DNA of 64,000 nucleotides from Candidatus Yanofskybacteria bacterium RIFCSPHIGHO2_01_FULL_41_21 (GCA_001794025.1 MGJA01000008.1:358-64357); one strand, 5' to 3'. Counted from the first letter of the stretch, positions 47,422 to 57,149 are shown. The notes: generated from the sequence alone by a model not told the origin. Numbers and translations are program-made.

Positions 47422-48348
47422 ATGGAATGTCCAATCAAAGTGTCCGTTTGCAGTGGTTGTGGCGCCGGAGGAAAAATTCTAAAGGTCAGATACCCTGACC
47501 GATACCTTTGCTCTAAGTGCCGGAAAATAGATCAGGATCAAAAAAGGAAACAAACACCAATTCAGGATCCACAAGAAGCACGAAGGAACTATGAACTTTA
47601 CAGATCCCATAGTCGCTTTGCGGACATATTGCCTGACTACGATACTTTAAGAGATAAATTCAAATCCGATCTATCTCTTAAAGAGATTGGCAGACAATAC
47701 GGAATCTCAAAACAGAGAATTGATCAGATTTACAAGCGGTTTTTCAGTTTGCATATTCCTCATCAACCAGACGGAAATGCTAGGCGAAAAATACACTATC
47801 GCAGGAAAAGAGAGTCAAAAAATTTGGCAAAGCTGGCAAGGTTAGAAATGGTTTTTTCAGGTGATCCAGGAATGTCTGCCTTGAAAGAGAAAGCGGAATC
47901 ATTGGGACTCAAAGTTCAAGCTATTTCAGTCAAAGGGCTGGGTGGCAGGATTATTCTGATCGGTGGAAAGCATTGCGTCGTCTATCTGACCAGATATTCT
48001 CACCATCCCAGAACTTCAGCGAAGAACATATATTGGGGATTTTCCCTGAATCCCGTTGCTCTGAAACTGTCGGAGTTTGTTATTCTGGTTGTAGTAGAAA
48101 GTGATAGGTACAGATTTTTTATTGTCCCAACCCACAAGTTTCCAAGCAAGTTTTTTGGTATCAAATCGGTGGCTCTTTATGTACCGCAAAAGAGAATTGA
48201 CCACGATTGTCGAACAGGAAGAAAAAGCGCTATTGATATCCATCAATACGAAAATCAATGGGGTTTTCTGGTTGGTCAGAATTTTCAGTACAAAAAAACG
48301 GCTTCCACTTTTCGTGTGCCGTCAGTCCCTCCTTCAGGCCTCACTTAG
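47422..48348 (+). CDS. Basic protein: Zn finger, HTH, possible nuclease-like C-domain
   Basis: CSGC...CSKC; LSLKEIGRQYGISKQRIDQI; FFIVP...YENQWGFL. Confidence 0.65.
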   Translation: MECPIKVSVCSGCGAGGKILKVRYPDRYLCSKCRKIDQDQKRKQTPIQDPQEARRNYELYRSHSRFADILPDYDTLRDKFKSDLSLKEIGRQYGISKQRIDQIYKRFFSLHIPHQPDGNARRKIHYRRKRESKNLAKLARLEMVFSGDPGMSALKEKAESLGLKVQAISVKGLGGRIILIGGKHCVVYLTRYSHHPRTSAKNIYWGFSLNPVALKLSEFVILVVVESDRYRFFIVPTHKFPSKFFGIKSVALYVPQKRIDHDCRTGRKSAIDIHQYENQWGFLVGQNFQYKKTASTFRVPSVPPSGLT

Positions 48349-48413
48349 TGGGGCCTCTTCTTTTTAGTTGACCACGGGTCAGGGTCTTGTTGTATCCCTG
48401 ACCCGTGGCGGAT

Positions 48414-48602
48414 TCATTTCAGTATTGCAAAAAAATAAGCGAAACCGCCGATAATCACTATGAAAGAAAAAACTAGAATGATGAAATTACGCAGGTTCTT
48501 TCTTTCTTCTCTTGCCTTTTCTCCCACCTCCTCTTCGGTGGTGATGATTGGTATTTGTCTTTGTTGACCCTGATTCTTTGCAAAGAACTGCTGTTTTGAC
48601 AT
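48414..48602 (-). CDS. Small protein with a C-terminal TM helix
   Basis: AAGGAGG ribosome-binding site; C-terminal hydrophobic helix. Confidence 0.65.
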   Translation of the reverse strand: MSKQQFFAKNQGQQRQIPIITTEEEVGEKAREERKNLRNFIILVFSFIVIIGGFAYFFAILK

Positions 48603-48669
48603 GGGTCCTCCTTAAAGGATATATACTCTTTTTATTTACTTATTTCAACACGAGGCAGGCATACTGTCC

Positions 48670-49239
48670 TCATCCTTTATTAATACGCTCAACATAGTCA
48701 CCTGTCTGAGTATTCACTAAAATTATGTCGCCTTGGTTGATAAAGAGGGGGACGTTAACTGAAGCACCGGTTTCAATGGTGGCTTGTTTAACTCCACCTT
48801 GAGCAGTGTCGCCGCGGATGGCCGGTGGTGCTTCGGTAACTTTGTATTCCATTTTAATTGGCAGTTCAATACTGATGATGGTGTCCTCAAAGGCGATAGC
48901 ATCAATGATCGTGTTGGCTTTTAGAAACTTGGCTACATCACCGATAATGTCGGCTTTTAATTCAAATCGTTTCGGATCATTTTCATAAGAGAACCAGTAC
49001 TGGTCGCGATGGGCATAGAGATATTTTACTTTTTGGCGTTCTACATCAGCCGATTCAAAGACATCTGATTGGGCAAAATTACGTTCTAAATTTTTACCAT
49101 TGATTAGATTGCGCATACTAACCTGCACCGTTGGTCGGCGCTGTTGCATTTTTAAATGATGGGTCTCAAGAACCACATAGGGTTGACCCTCGTAGATAAA
49201 ATATGTTTTCGGTTTTAAGTCGTTGACGGGAATAGCCAT
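48670..49239 (-). CDS. efp: Elongation factor P
   Basis: YLY, IELP, PPAIRGDTA, ETGASVNVPLFI..GD, TGDYVER. Confidence 0.95.
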   Translation of the reverse strand: MAIPVNDLKPKTYFIYEGQPYVVLETHHLKMQQRRPTVQVSMRNLINGKNLERNFAQSDVFESADVERQKVKYLYAHRDQYWFSYENDPKRFELKADIIGDVAKFLKANTIIDAIAFEDTIISIELPIKMEYKVTEAPPAIRGDTAQGGVKQATIETGASVNVPLFINQGDIILVNTQTGDYVERINKG

Positions 49240-49395
49240 GAGAATAGAAATTAGTAATTAGACACCTGCCCGACTGAATGACTTAAGTCGTTCGGGCGGG
49301 TTAGAACTTAGATATATTACTACAGTTTGTGCCTAAAGACAACTTATGATACATTTCTCTTCAGTACCAACTTAGTATCAACGAAAGGATAAACA

Positions 49396-49749
49396 ATGCC
49401 GACAATTGAGGATCTTCTCAATATCCTGAAGTTTAAACGGATGATTGGTCGCGATGGATATGAGGGCTCATGTTTTGGAGTTACGGACGCAAGTCGTCTC
49501 AGACCGGCGTTTCAGGATCCTATTTCTGAAAAGCATGAACATCGGTGTATTAGTTGTGAAGATAATGAACACAACTGTACCGGTATCGCCAAGGTCTATT
49601 CAATCATAATGCGAGAAAATCGGGATTACATAACTCCGCAAATGGTTCCCGAGACAACGTATCGAGAGGTGCCTTGTGGGTGCCGAAGGTGTCATCCTCC
49701 AGTAGTTCAGCCATCCGAAGTAGACGACGAATCTAACCCTCCGTTCTAA
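49396..49749 (+). CDS. Hypothetical Cys-rich protein
   Basis: AAAGGA ribosome-binding site, CISC...H.C and CGCRRCH, downstream hairpin. Confidence 0.6.
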   Translation: MPTIEDLLNILKFKRMIGRDGYEGSCFGVTDASRLRPAFQDPISEKHEHRCISCEDNEHNCTGIAKVYSIIMRENRDYITPQMVPETTYREVPCGCRRCHPPVVQPSEVDDESNPPF

Positions 49750-49797
49750 GAAGATAATGGAGTTCTCTTTCTGAGGCCGACCATGTGTCGGCCTTTG

Positions 49798-50565
49798 TTA
49801 TTGTTGTTTAAATAAAAGGGAGACCAAAAAGAGGGTACCACCGGAGAGGACGACAAGAGGGCCAGGAGTAAAACCATACTGATGAGCGATAATGATACCA
49901 CTGATAGCGGCGACGCCACCCAGAACGGCGGACATGAATGTGTAGTGGGAAAAAGTACGGGAAATATTACGACCGGCGGCGGCGGGAATAATAACTAGGG
50001 CCCCCATTAAAAGTGTGCCCGTTACTTTAATTCCAAGAGCGACAATAATAGCGACCATTAATAAAAATAGAAAATTAATGGTGTTGACGGGTATTTTCAT
50101 TGAGCGAGTCAGGTCTTTGGAAATCGTACTTAAAGCCAATGGTTTAGAAATAAGTTTTAAGGCAATCATAACCAGAGCAATGATCGGAAGGGTGATATAT
50201 AAATCCATACGGGCAACATTACCGATATCACCGAAGAGAGCTTCCAATAATTCCGGTTGAGGTGTCAAAAGAATACCAAGTGCAAGGGCGGTAGTGAAAA
50301 AAATACCCACTAATGTCTCGGAAGGAATACTTGTTTTTCGTTCTAATATCCAAATACCGACAATAGCGACAAATAAAGCCGTGAATGCCCCAACAAATGG
50401 ATTGAAATTAAATAATAGTGCTAACGCTAAGCCGGGCAGAGCTACGTGCGAAAGGGCATCTCCAACAAGAGCCATCCGTCGGAGAATCATAAATGCGCCG
50501 ATATAACCGGCACCGATACCAATCGCTCCACCGATAATTAGTTGAAGAAAAAATATGTCACTCAT
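49798..50565 (-). CDS. znuB: Zn/Mn ABC transporter permease
   Basis: RRMALVGDALSHVALPG, LFGDI, IIPAAAG. Confidence 0.9.
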   Translation of the reverse strand: MSDIFFLQLIIGGAIGIGAGYIGAFMILRRMALVGDALSHVALPGLALALLFNFNPFVGAFTALFVAIVGIWILERKTSIPSETLVGIFFTTALALGILLTPQPELLEALFGDIGNVARMDLYITLPIIALVMIALKLISKPLALSTISKDLTRSMKIPVNTINFLFLLMVAIIVALGIKVTGTLLMGALVIIPAAAGRNISRTFSHYTFMSAVLGGVAAISGIIIAHQYGFTPGPLVVLSGGTLFLVSLLFKQQ

Positions 50566-50676
50566 CCCGTTAGAAATGTAACAGACCATCCACCGTCTTG
50601 AGGTGGTGGCTGGTTACAATCATTTTTATATTATTGATTTTCATATATATACCCGTAGGGTTCATTTCTAACGGGA
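50565..50676. repeat. TCCCGTTAGAA-ended element between znuC and znuB
   Basis: Near-identical to 53938-54049. Confidence 0.9.
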
Positions 50677-50677
50677 C

Positions 50678-51394
50678 TCATTTGTGTTGGTGGTCGTGAG
50701 TTAAAAAGGTTGCTTCTCCGTATAAGGCCTTAAGAGCCGATGGATCCAGAGCATCAGTCGGTGCGCCATAACAAACCATGTCTTTATTTAGACACAAGAC
50801 CGTGGTGGCGTATTTATATACAACATTTAGATCGTGAGAAATAATAAGAATGGTTAAGTCCTTTTCATCTTTAAGTTTTTTGATAAGGTGATAGATTGTT
50901 TCTTCGCCACCGACGTCAATGCCAGCTGTAGGTTCGTCAAATAAAATAACATCCGGTTGGTCAATGATAGCCCAAGCAATTAAAACGCGTTGAATTTGAC
51001 CACCCGAAAGCCAACCCAGACGTTGATTAAGAAGGTGGTGATTAATATGATGCTCGTCGGTAATACCAACGGAACGGAGAGCGGAAAGAATAGTGTGATG
51101 ATTTTTAGTTTTGAAATTAAGGAACTCCCTAACCGTTAACGGGAAATCACTATCAATAGTAAAACGTTGAGGGATGTAATTTATTTTGATATTTTTTTCC
51201 CAGACGATTGTTCCGGTGTAGGGGATGAGACCAAGCAAGGCACGGAATAAAACTGATTTACCGGCGCCATTGGGACCGACGACGGCAACAGTGTCATCTC
51301 TATTTAAATCAAACGAAATATCATGAAGAATTTTTTGACCATCCAAGGTGACATTGAGATGACTAACTTTTAATATTGATGAGGTTAATTCCAT
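50678..51394 (-). CDS. znuC: Zn/Mn ABC transporter ATPase
   Basis: GPNGAGKS, LSGGQIQR, DEPTAGID, SHDL, His-rich end. Confidence 0.9.
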   Translation of the reverse strand: MELTSSILKVSHLNVTLDGQKILHDISFDLNRDDTVAVVGPNGAGKSVLFRALLGLIPYTGTIVWEKNIKINYIPQRFTIDSDFPLTVREFLNFKTKNHHTILSALRSVGITDEHHINHHLLNQRLGWLSGGQIQRVLIAWAIIDQPDVILFDEPTAGIDVGGEETIYHLIKKLKDEKDLTILIISHDLNVVYKYATTVLCLNKDMVCYGAPTDALDPSALKALYGEATFLTHDHQHK

Positions 51395-51469
51395 AAAATC
51401 ATTGTATCATAATCAGGTATATTTACAGATAAGGTTGACAAACTCTATTAAATATGATAGTATACAAGC

Positions 51470-52279
51470 ATGACTAAAACTCTTAAATTATCCCTTATAT
51501 TACCTATTATTTTGGCCTTAACGGTCATGCCTTTGTATCCTATTTTAGCCAGCCAGGACGGTTTTGTTGCTCAAGATCCTCAAGCGGTTGTTTGCCAAGC
51601 CCTTGATTTAGTGGGAATCGGTTGTGATTCTCAATCAGGAAATACTGCCTCTCCATCCGGCACTTATCAGCCAACACCGGTTCGTCTTAATTTTGATATT
51701 TTTAATCCCGTTTCAGATAGCTCCGGTAATAATTCCACTATCAAAAATGCTACCGCGCCAAAAGATTTATCCGGTCAGAAGATAAATTTGGTCTCAGTTG
51801 ATAGTTCCGAAGATATTTACTCATTGGTAAATGGTCAAAAACATATCTTCCCTTCACGCGCAATCTTTTATGATTACGGTTATAAGCTTGAGATGGTTCA
51901 ATCAATTTCTCAATATCAACTGGATAAATATCCTCGAGCCCACTTGGTTAAAGTTAAAGGTGATTCAAAGGTTTATTATTTAACTGAAGGTGGTTTAGTT
52001 CGTCCCGTCATTAACACAAAAAAGATATTTGAATTTTATGGTGATCGGGCCGAAGACGTTATTACTATCAGTCGTAAAGAATTTAACTTCTATCCGACAA
52101 ATCAATACGTCTATCAATTCTCACCATTGAATCGCGACGTCTTCCAGATTAGTGGTTCCGGTAAACGCTACTTAACTCCGATGGCCGTTGCTCGTTTGGG
52201 AATTCGTTCTGATCAAGTTGCCCCGGTCAGTAAGGCCGAGTTGGACTATTACAAGACCCTCGCTCCGTTGATTGACTAA
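51470..52279 (+). CDS. Secreted protein with three short VY/IY-x-G-K-R/H repeats
   Basis: Signal peptide; IYSLVNGQKHIF, VYYLTEGGLVRPV, VFQISGSGKRYL. Confidence 0.75.
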   Translation: MTKTLKLSLILPIILALTVMPLYPILASQDGFVAQDPQAVVCQALDLVGIGCDSQSGNTASPSGTYQPTPVRLNFDIFNPVSDSSGNNSTIKNATAPKDLSGQKINLVSVDSSEDIYSLVNGQKHIFPSRAIFYDYGYKLEMVQSISQYQLDKYPRAHLVKVKGDSKVYYLTEGGLVRPVINTKKIFEFYGDRAEDVITISRKEFNFYPTNQYVYQFSPLNRDVFQISGSGKRYLTPMAVARLGIRSDQVAPVSKAELDYYKTLAPLID

Positions 52280-52487
52280 ACTCTCACCTTCAGCGATCTG
52301 CTTCGTTGCAGGTTCCAGCATTGCCGGCCGTAAGGCCGGCTTTTGCGGAGGCGATTCTCGCTTCGCGTGAACCTTCGCCTTGCCGGCCAGTCCAGCAATG
52401 CCTGCGGTACTCATTCGCCGTACCCTTAGTACGGCTCACTCCGTTCCTCGCCTGCGTCTCGCATCTCATCTGAAGGATGAGAGTTTG
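52277..52487. repeat. GC-rich palindromic element
   Basis: AAACTCTCACCTTCAG / CTGAAGGATGAGAGTTT ends with inner hairpins. Confidence 0.6.
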
Positions 52488-52505
52488 TTTTATTAAAGGA
52501 AGTAA

Positions 52506-53363
52506 CTATTTTAATTGAGAGATATCGAAATTGGGATGACCGGAGAGGAAATCAGACATTGAAGTTTCTTTCTTGCCTTCAAGTTGGATTGTGACCAGAG
52601 AAAGTTTACCGTCAATTAGGACGGCTTTTTTAATATTTAAAATCTTGTCTTGCCAAGTGGTCCAGGTGCCCGGTTCGGGGTTGAGGGCGCGGATTTGATT
52701 ATATATTTCTTGCCGGGAACGGGACCAGTCAATATGGCTGTCGTCGCGAGTGAGGAGTTTAGTAAATGTAGCTTGGTTATGATTTTGTGGTTGAGGTGTT
52801 ATTTCTTTTGCTATATATTTTGGCAAGGTTTCAATCAATAATTTTGCGCCAAGATTCCAAATTTCTTTTTCAGCATCTTCTTTAAATATGTCTGGTTTCA
52901 ATGTATATTTTTCTTCAGATAATATTGGACCATGGTCCACCTCGCTGTCAATAATTATAATAGTGATTCCAGTTTCTGATTCTCCATTTAGAATTGCTCC
53001 TTGGATAGGCGATGGTCCTCTATATTTTGGAAGGAGAGAAGGATGGATACAGATAAAACCAAATTTGGGCACATCTAAGTATTTTTTAGGAATAATTTTA
53101 CCATAGCCCCCGATGATACAAATATCCGGGTTTAAGTTTTTAAATATTTCAAAAAAGCCATCATCTTTTAGTGTTTCTGGTTGGAAAATTGGTATATTAT
53201 GTTTTTGGCCAGTAATTTTTACTGGCGGGGAAACTAACATTTTTTTTCTTCCCACCTCACCATCTGGTTGAGTGATGATTGCTATAGGAGAATAATTATT
53301 AGTAATCAAAGCATCAAGCGGACGAGTGGCAAAATCTGGAGTTCCAAAAAAAATTATTTTCAT
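52506..53363 (-). CDS. fmt: Methionyl-tRNA formyltransferase
   Basis: MKIIFFGTPDFA, HPSLLPKYRGPSPIQ. Confidence 0.96.
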   Translation of the reverse strand: MKIIFFGTPDFATRPLDALITNNYSPIAIITQPDGEVGRKKMLVSPPVKITGQKHNIPIFQPETLKDDGFFEIFKNLNPDICIIGGYGKIIPKKYLDVPKFGFICIHPSLLPKYRGPSPIQGAILNGESETGITIIIIDSEVDHGPILSEEKYTLKPDIFKEDAEKEIWNLGAKLLIETLPKYIAKEITPQPQNHNQATFTKLLTRDDSHIDWSRSRQEIYNQIRALNPEPGTWTTWQDKILNIKKAVLIDGKLSLVTIQLEGKKETSMSDFLSGHPNFDISQLK

Positions 53364-53377
53364 AAGTATATGTGATA

Positions 53378-53483
53378 AATTGAGAACCTACTCTTTAACC
53401 CAGTAGTGGAAGGGGACCCGCGAAGCGGGGGAACCGACGGGACTGGTTCCCTGGGTCTGGGGTAAAGAGTAAGTTCTCAATTT
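53378..53483 (-). repeat. GGGAACCAGTCCCG element between def and fmt
   Basis: Core shared with the 36462 copy; different outer arms. Confidence 0.85.
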
Positions 53484-53938
53484 TAAGCACGACGATCTTT
53501 AATTACTAAGCCGTTGAGGTGGTCGGTTTCGTGTTGAAGGACACGGGCAAGGAAACCTTTGGCTTTGAATTTGATTTTTTTTCCGGATTCATCTAGGGCT
53601 TTGAACATGATTTTTTTGGAGCGGGGGATTTCAACATAAAAACCCGGGATAGAGAGACAACCTTCTTCAATGTTATCTGTGTCTTTTGAGTATTCGGTAA
53701 TTTCAGGATTAAAGTAGGCCTCCGGTACCTTATTTTCAAGAGCAACTTTTGTGTCAATTACAAAAATACTTAAGTCCAGCCCGATCTGATTTGCAGCCAG
53801 ACCCACGCCCATATTATCCACCATGGCCTTTTTCATATCCAAAATCAGCTGGGTGTATTTGCCCGCTTTTATTTCGTCGGCTGGGATTGTCTTGGTTTTA
53901 TTCGCCAAGACATTATGGGGAATTTTTGTTATTTCCAT
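53483..53938 (-). CDS. def: Peptide deformylase
   Basis: GVGLAANQ, EGCLS, QHETDHLNG. Confidence 0.96.
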   Translation of the reverse strand: MEITKIPHNVLANKTKTIPADEIKAGKYTQLILDMKKAMVDNMGVGLAANQIGLDLSIFVIDTKVALENKVPEAYFNPEITEYSKDTDNIEEGCLSIPGFYVEIPRSKKIMFKALDESGKKIKFKAKGFLARVLQHETDHLNGLVIKDRRA

Positions 53939-54049
53939 CCCGTTAGAAATGTAACAGACCATCCACCGTCTTAGGGTGGTGGCTAGTTACAATCATTTTT
54001 ATATTATTGATTTTCATATATATACCCGTAGGGTTCATTTCTAACGGGA
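53938..54049. repeat. TCCCGTTAGAA-ended element at the def start
   Basis: Terminal inverted repeats; TCCAT on both sides. Confidence 0.9.
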
Positions 54050-54121
54050 TCCATCTCGTTAGAATATCGCAGATTATTGATTTCGTCTATTGTTTTGTTA
54101 TATTAACAGACAGGAGGACGA

Positions 54122-54226
54122 ATGAAATCACTTATCCTTGCTTTAGTTGTTATATCACCATTTCTTGCTACTGAATTGTTTTCAATTTTGCGAGAGGAGT
54201 ATAAAAGAAGGAAAAACAAGAAGTAA
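54122..54226 (+). CDS. 34-aa hydrophobic peptide with a basic tail (absent from the ORF track)
   Basis: AGGAGG ribosome-binding site; MKSLILALVVISPFLATELFSILREEYKRRKNKK. Confidence 0.55.
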   Translation: MKSLILALVVISPFLATELFSILREEYKRRKNKK

Positions 54227-54335
54227 ATCCGACACAAACGGTGGTATTCCACCAAGGCGAGCCACGTGCTCGCCTTTCTATAATCTCCTAGTTATTAAAC
54301 TTGTCAAATATTATAATGTGTGGTATTATTAAAAA

Positions 54336-54530
54336 ATGATTATGAAATATCATAAACGCCAAATGAATAGCCAGTTTATTACCTCCGTCTGTGTCGGGGG
54401 TATTGCTGATTTACTCAGCTATTCAGGTTTATTTAACCAAGGCGATGTTGATATAAGATAACTCTCAATTTTCAACTCTCAAGAGCGCCTCGGTTAGACA
54501 GACCGGGGCGTTTTCGTTCTGTCTAAGTAA
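54336..54530 (+). promoter_or_regulatory. Putative leader peptide and attenuator upstream of the GNAT gene
   Basis: 41-aa ORF 54336-54461, then GCGCCTCGGT-TAGACAG-ACCGGGGCGTTTT. Confidence 0.5.
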
Positions 54531-54555
54531 GCTCGTTAACAATGAGGAGGGTGAG

Positions 54556-55137
54556 ATGACCAGTGACTCAAGAGTCGTATTCTTATCGGGTAGAATTGTC
54601 AATCTGCGTCCATTTTCTAGGACAGATATTCCCACACTTACGAGATGGATTAATGACCCCGAGGTCAGACAGTTTATCGCAAGTGTATTACCACAGACCG
54701 AACAGCAAGAAGAAAAGTGGGTTGAAAAACTGGGATCTGATGATAAGGATATCGTTCTCGCTATCGAAACCAAGGAAGGTCTCCTAATTGGCTCTATGGG
54801 CGTCCATGGAATCAATTGGAAAGATCGGGTGTGTACAACCGGTGCCGTCATTGGCGAAAAGGAATATTGGGGAAGGGGATTTGGCACTGACGCGAAGATG
54901 GTGTTACTTGATTACATCTTTAATACACTGAACTTACATAAGGTCTGTTCAGCGGTGTACATGTTCAATAAACGGAGCTTACAGTACAGTTTGCATTGTG
55001 GATACCAGATTGAGGGCGAACGGCGAGAACACGTTTTTCGCGACGGGCAATACTGGACTCTCATTGAGCTCGGATTATTCAAAGAGGAGTGGTTGCCGAT
55101 TTGGGAGCGATATCAAAAGACTGGCAGTGTTCGATAG
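54556..55137 (+). CDS. RimJ/RimL-type GNAT acetyltransferase
   Basis: VNLRPF, IGEKEYWGRGFGTDA, LNLHKV, NKRS. Confidence 0.92.
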   Translation: MTSDSRVVFLSGRIVNLRPFSRTDIPTLTRWINDPEVRQFIASVLPQTEQQEEKWVEKLGSDDKDIVLAIETKEGLLIGSMGVHGINWKDRVCTTGAVIGEKEYWGRGFGTDAKMVLLDYIFNTLNLHKVCSAVYMFNKRSLQYSLHCGYQIEGERREHVFRDGQYWTLIELGLFKEEWLPIWERYQKTGSVR

Positions 55138-55178
55138 TCATTCAAAGCGGGGGAGATAATATCAAACCCGCTTTTCTT

Positions 55179-57149
55179 TTAGGTTGTTATTCTTGGGTCT
55201 AAGTCAATTAGCCATTGGGTGGGGACGTAACGGAGGAGATCGCGAGGGGTGAAGTCGTTGGCTATTTTTATGATGATGGTATAAGTGAAACGACCGCGTT
55301 CTTTTTTTAGAAAGAGTCGGGAGGTGTCGGTGATTTTAACCCTATCAAATTGCTTCGCACCGGCTTCGCCGGATTTGATAGGGTGAATTTTATCTCGGGC
55401 TTGGATATGAATTACCGCCATTTTTAATTTTTCTACGGTGGCGCGGGCGGAAGCAATGACTTTGCGATGGTCGGTATGGGTGTAGGTCAGCTTAACGATA
55501 CGACAGAAGGGTGGATACCAAAATGCTTTACGGGCAGAGAGTTCCAGTTCATATAGCGGTTTGTGATTATGACTAGCAAGGTTAGGAAGAAGGTCTATCT
55601 GATTGAATGTTTGGGCAACAATCTGCTGTGGTTCAAAATCCGACAATTTTTCCAAGTGATACCATAAGCGTTCGGTGGTTTGAAAATCCGAACCGACAAT
55701 GAGAGCATCAAGTTGAGGAATAATAATAGCATCAAATTTTAAATCATAGCCGTAACTAAATATTTTTTGGGTGGCGATGAGAATGTGCGGGCCTTGCTTC
55801 TTGGTTTCATTTATAATTTCATCTTCTTCAGTTTGGTTTTGAGTTGTATCGGTATCCAAGAGAAGAATTTGGGTCTTGTTTAATTGGCCGAATGCAATCA
55901 TCTTTTGGAGTTCCTCGTATATTTTTTGTCCACCGGCCGGACCGGTGGCTTTTATTTGAGAACTATGACAATTAGGACAGGAATAAGGATAAGGTTGGGT
56001 GTGGTCACAATGATGACAGAGTAATGAAAGTGTGAGCTCCTGGTGAACCCGCATGGGCAAATCGCAAAGGGGACATTTAAATGAAAATCCACAATGCTGA
56101 CAAAGTAAAATTCCACTGTATCCGCGTCGGGCAGAGACAATTAAGACCTTACCGCCCTGGGCGAGTGTTTTACGCATAACATCTCGGGCGTCCGGAGTTA
56201 ATGCGCCGACGATGTAGCCCTGTTTGAATTCGGCAGTGAGATCAATGACAGTTATTTTAGCAGGCCAAGGTTTCATGGTGTCGTTGATTTTTATTTTTGA
56301 TTCTAATGATTTCTGATAAGCCGAAACACCCAGCAAGGGTGATAAAACAATAAATTGAGCACCGTGATTTTCGGCAATCATTTCGGCCAATTCCGGAGTC
56401 CAATATTTCGGACTCATGTCAGATTTATAAAATTCATGGAGCGGGTCAATAACGATAATATGTTTTAAGTTTGTGAATGGTAAAAAGAGGGCTTGGCGGG
56501 TACCGATAACCATTTTTATTTCTTGAGAGATGATTCCTCCCCAAATTTTATGGTAGTCCTTATTGTTGGTGGCGGAAGTTAGGATAGATGGTTTTTTGTC
56601 CGCAAATTCGGATAGAAAATAGGGGATATATGAACTATCAGGGACAATAATAAGTATTTGGTCTGCCAATGCAGTCAGACCTGATTTTTTATTTTTTAGA
56701 ATAGATTTAATTTGTTGGGCGGAATCTTGGGCACGTGTGATAATCCAAGAAGGTGATGAGGGAAGTTGCGGATTAATAAATAAGTTGACGGGTTCAGTTG
56801 GGTAGCGCGCTTTCAAAAAAAACGGCGGGAGAACTGCTTTCATACAAAGACCCAGTGGAGCAACATAATGATTAGCCAACCAAAGTGCAATCTTAAATTG
56901 CCATTCGGCAATAACCGGTTCCCCACTCAAGACACGGGATATTTTTTTGAGTTGAAATAATGATTTTTTGACCAGGATTTTTTGTTCGTCAAGATTGTAG
57001 GAATCAATAACTGTTGCCTGTACAGATCGGTTATTGAGAGAAACTTCAATTACAGCGCCTTTAGGAAGGTTTGAATCATGGTAGTAACTTAAAATCTGGG
57101 GTATTTGAGGGGGGAGTGTGGAAAGGGGTAGGACTTCAAGGATATACAT
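55179..57149 (-). CDS. priA: Primosomal protein PriA with degenerate helicase motifs
   Basis: IGTRQALFLPF, RRGYS, CQHC-CPLC-CHHC-CPNC, YPPF, WLIDLDP. Confidence 0.9.
   Translation of the reverse strand: MYILEVLPLSTLPPQIPQILSYYHDSNLPKGAVIEVSLNNRSVQATVIDSYNLDEQKILVKKSLFQLKKISRVLSGEPVIAEWQFKIALWLANHYVAPLGLCMKAVLPPFFLKARYPTEPVNLFINPQLPSSPSWIITRAQDSAQQIKSILKNKKSGLTALADQILIIVPDSSYIPYFLSEFADKKPSILTSATNNKDYHKIWGGIISQEIKMVIGTRQALFLPFTNLKHIIVIDPLHEFYKSDMSPKYWTPELAEMIAENHGAQFIVLSPLLGVSAYQKSLESKIKINDTMKPWPAKITVIDLTAEFKQGYIVGALTPDARDVMRKTLAQGGKVLIVSARRGYSGILLCQHCGFSFKCPLCDLPMRVHQELTLSLLCHHCDHTQPYPYSCPNCHSSQIKATGPAGGQKIYEELQKMIAFGQLNKTQILLLDTDTTQNQTEEDEIINETKKQGPHILIATQKIFSYGYDLKFDAIIIPQLDALIVGSDFQTTERLWYHLEKLSDFEPQQIVAQTFNQIDLLPNLASHNHKPLYELELSARKAFWYPPFCRIVKLTYTHTDHRKVIASARATVEKLKMAVIHIQARDKIHPIKSGEAGAKQFDRVKITDTSRLFLKKERGRFTYTIIIKIANDFTPRDLLRYVPTQWLIDLDPRITT

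Noticed and set aside
50566-50589. N-terminal extensions MVCYISNG (znuB, def), MIWWTVCSTSNG (recR) and MAVTTSNG (rpsB)
   Set aside because: They are translations of the repeat element; conserved protein sequence begins at the next ATG.
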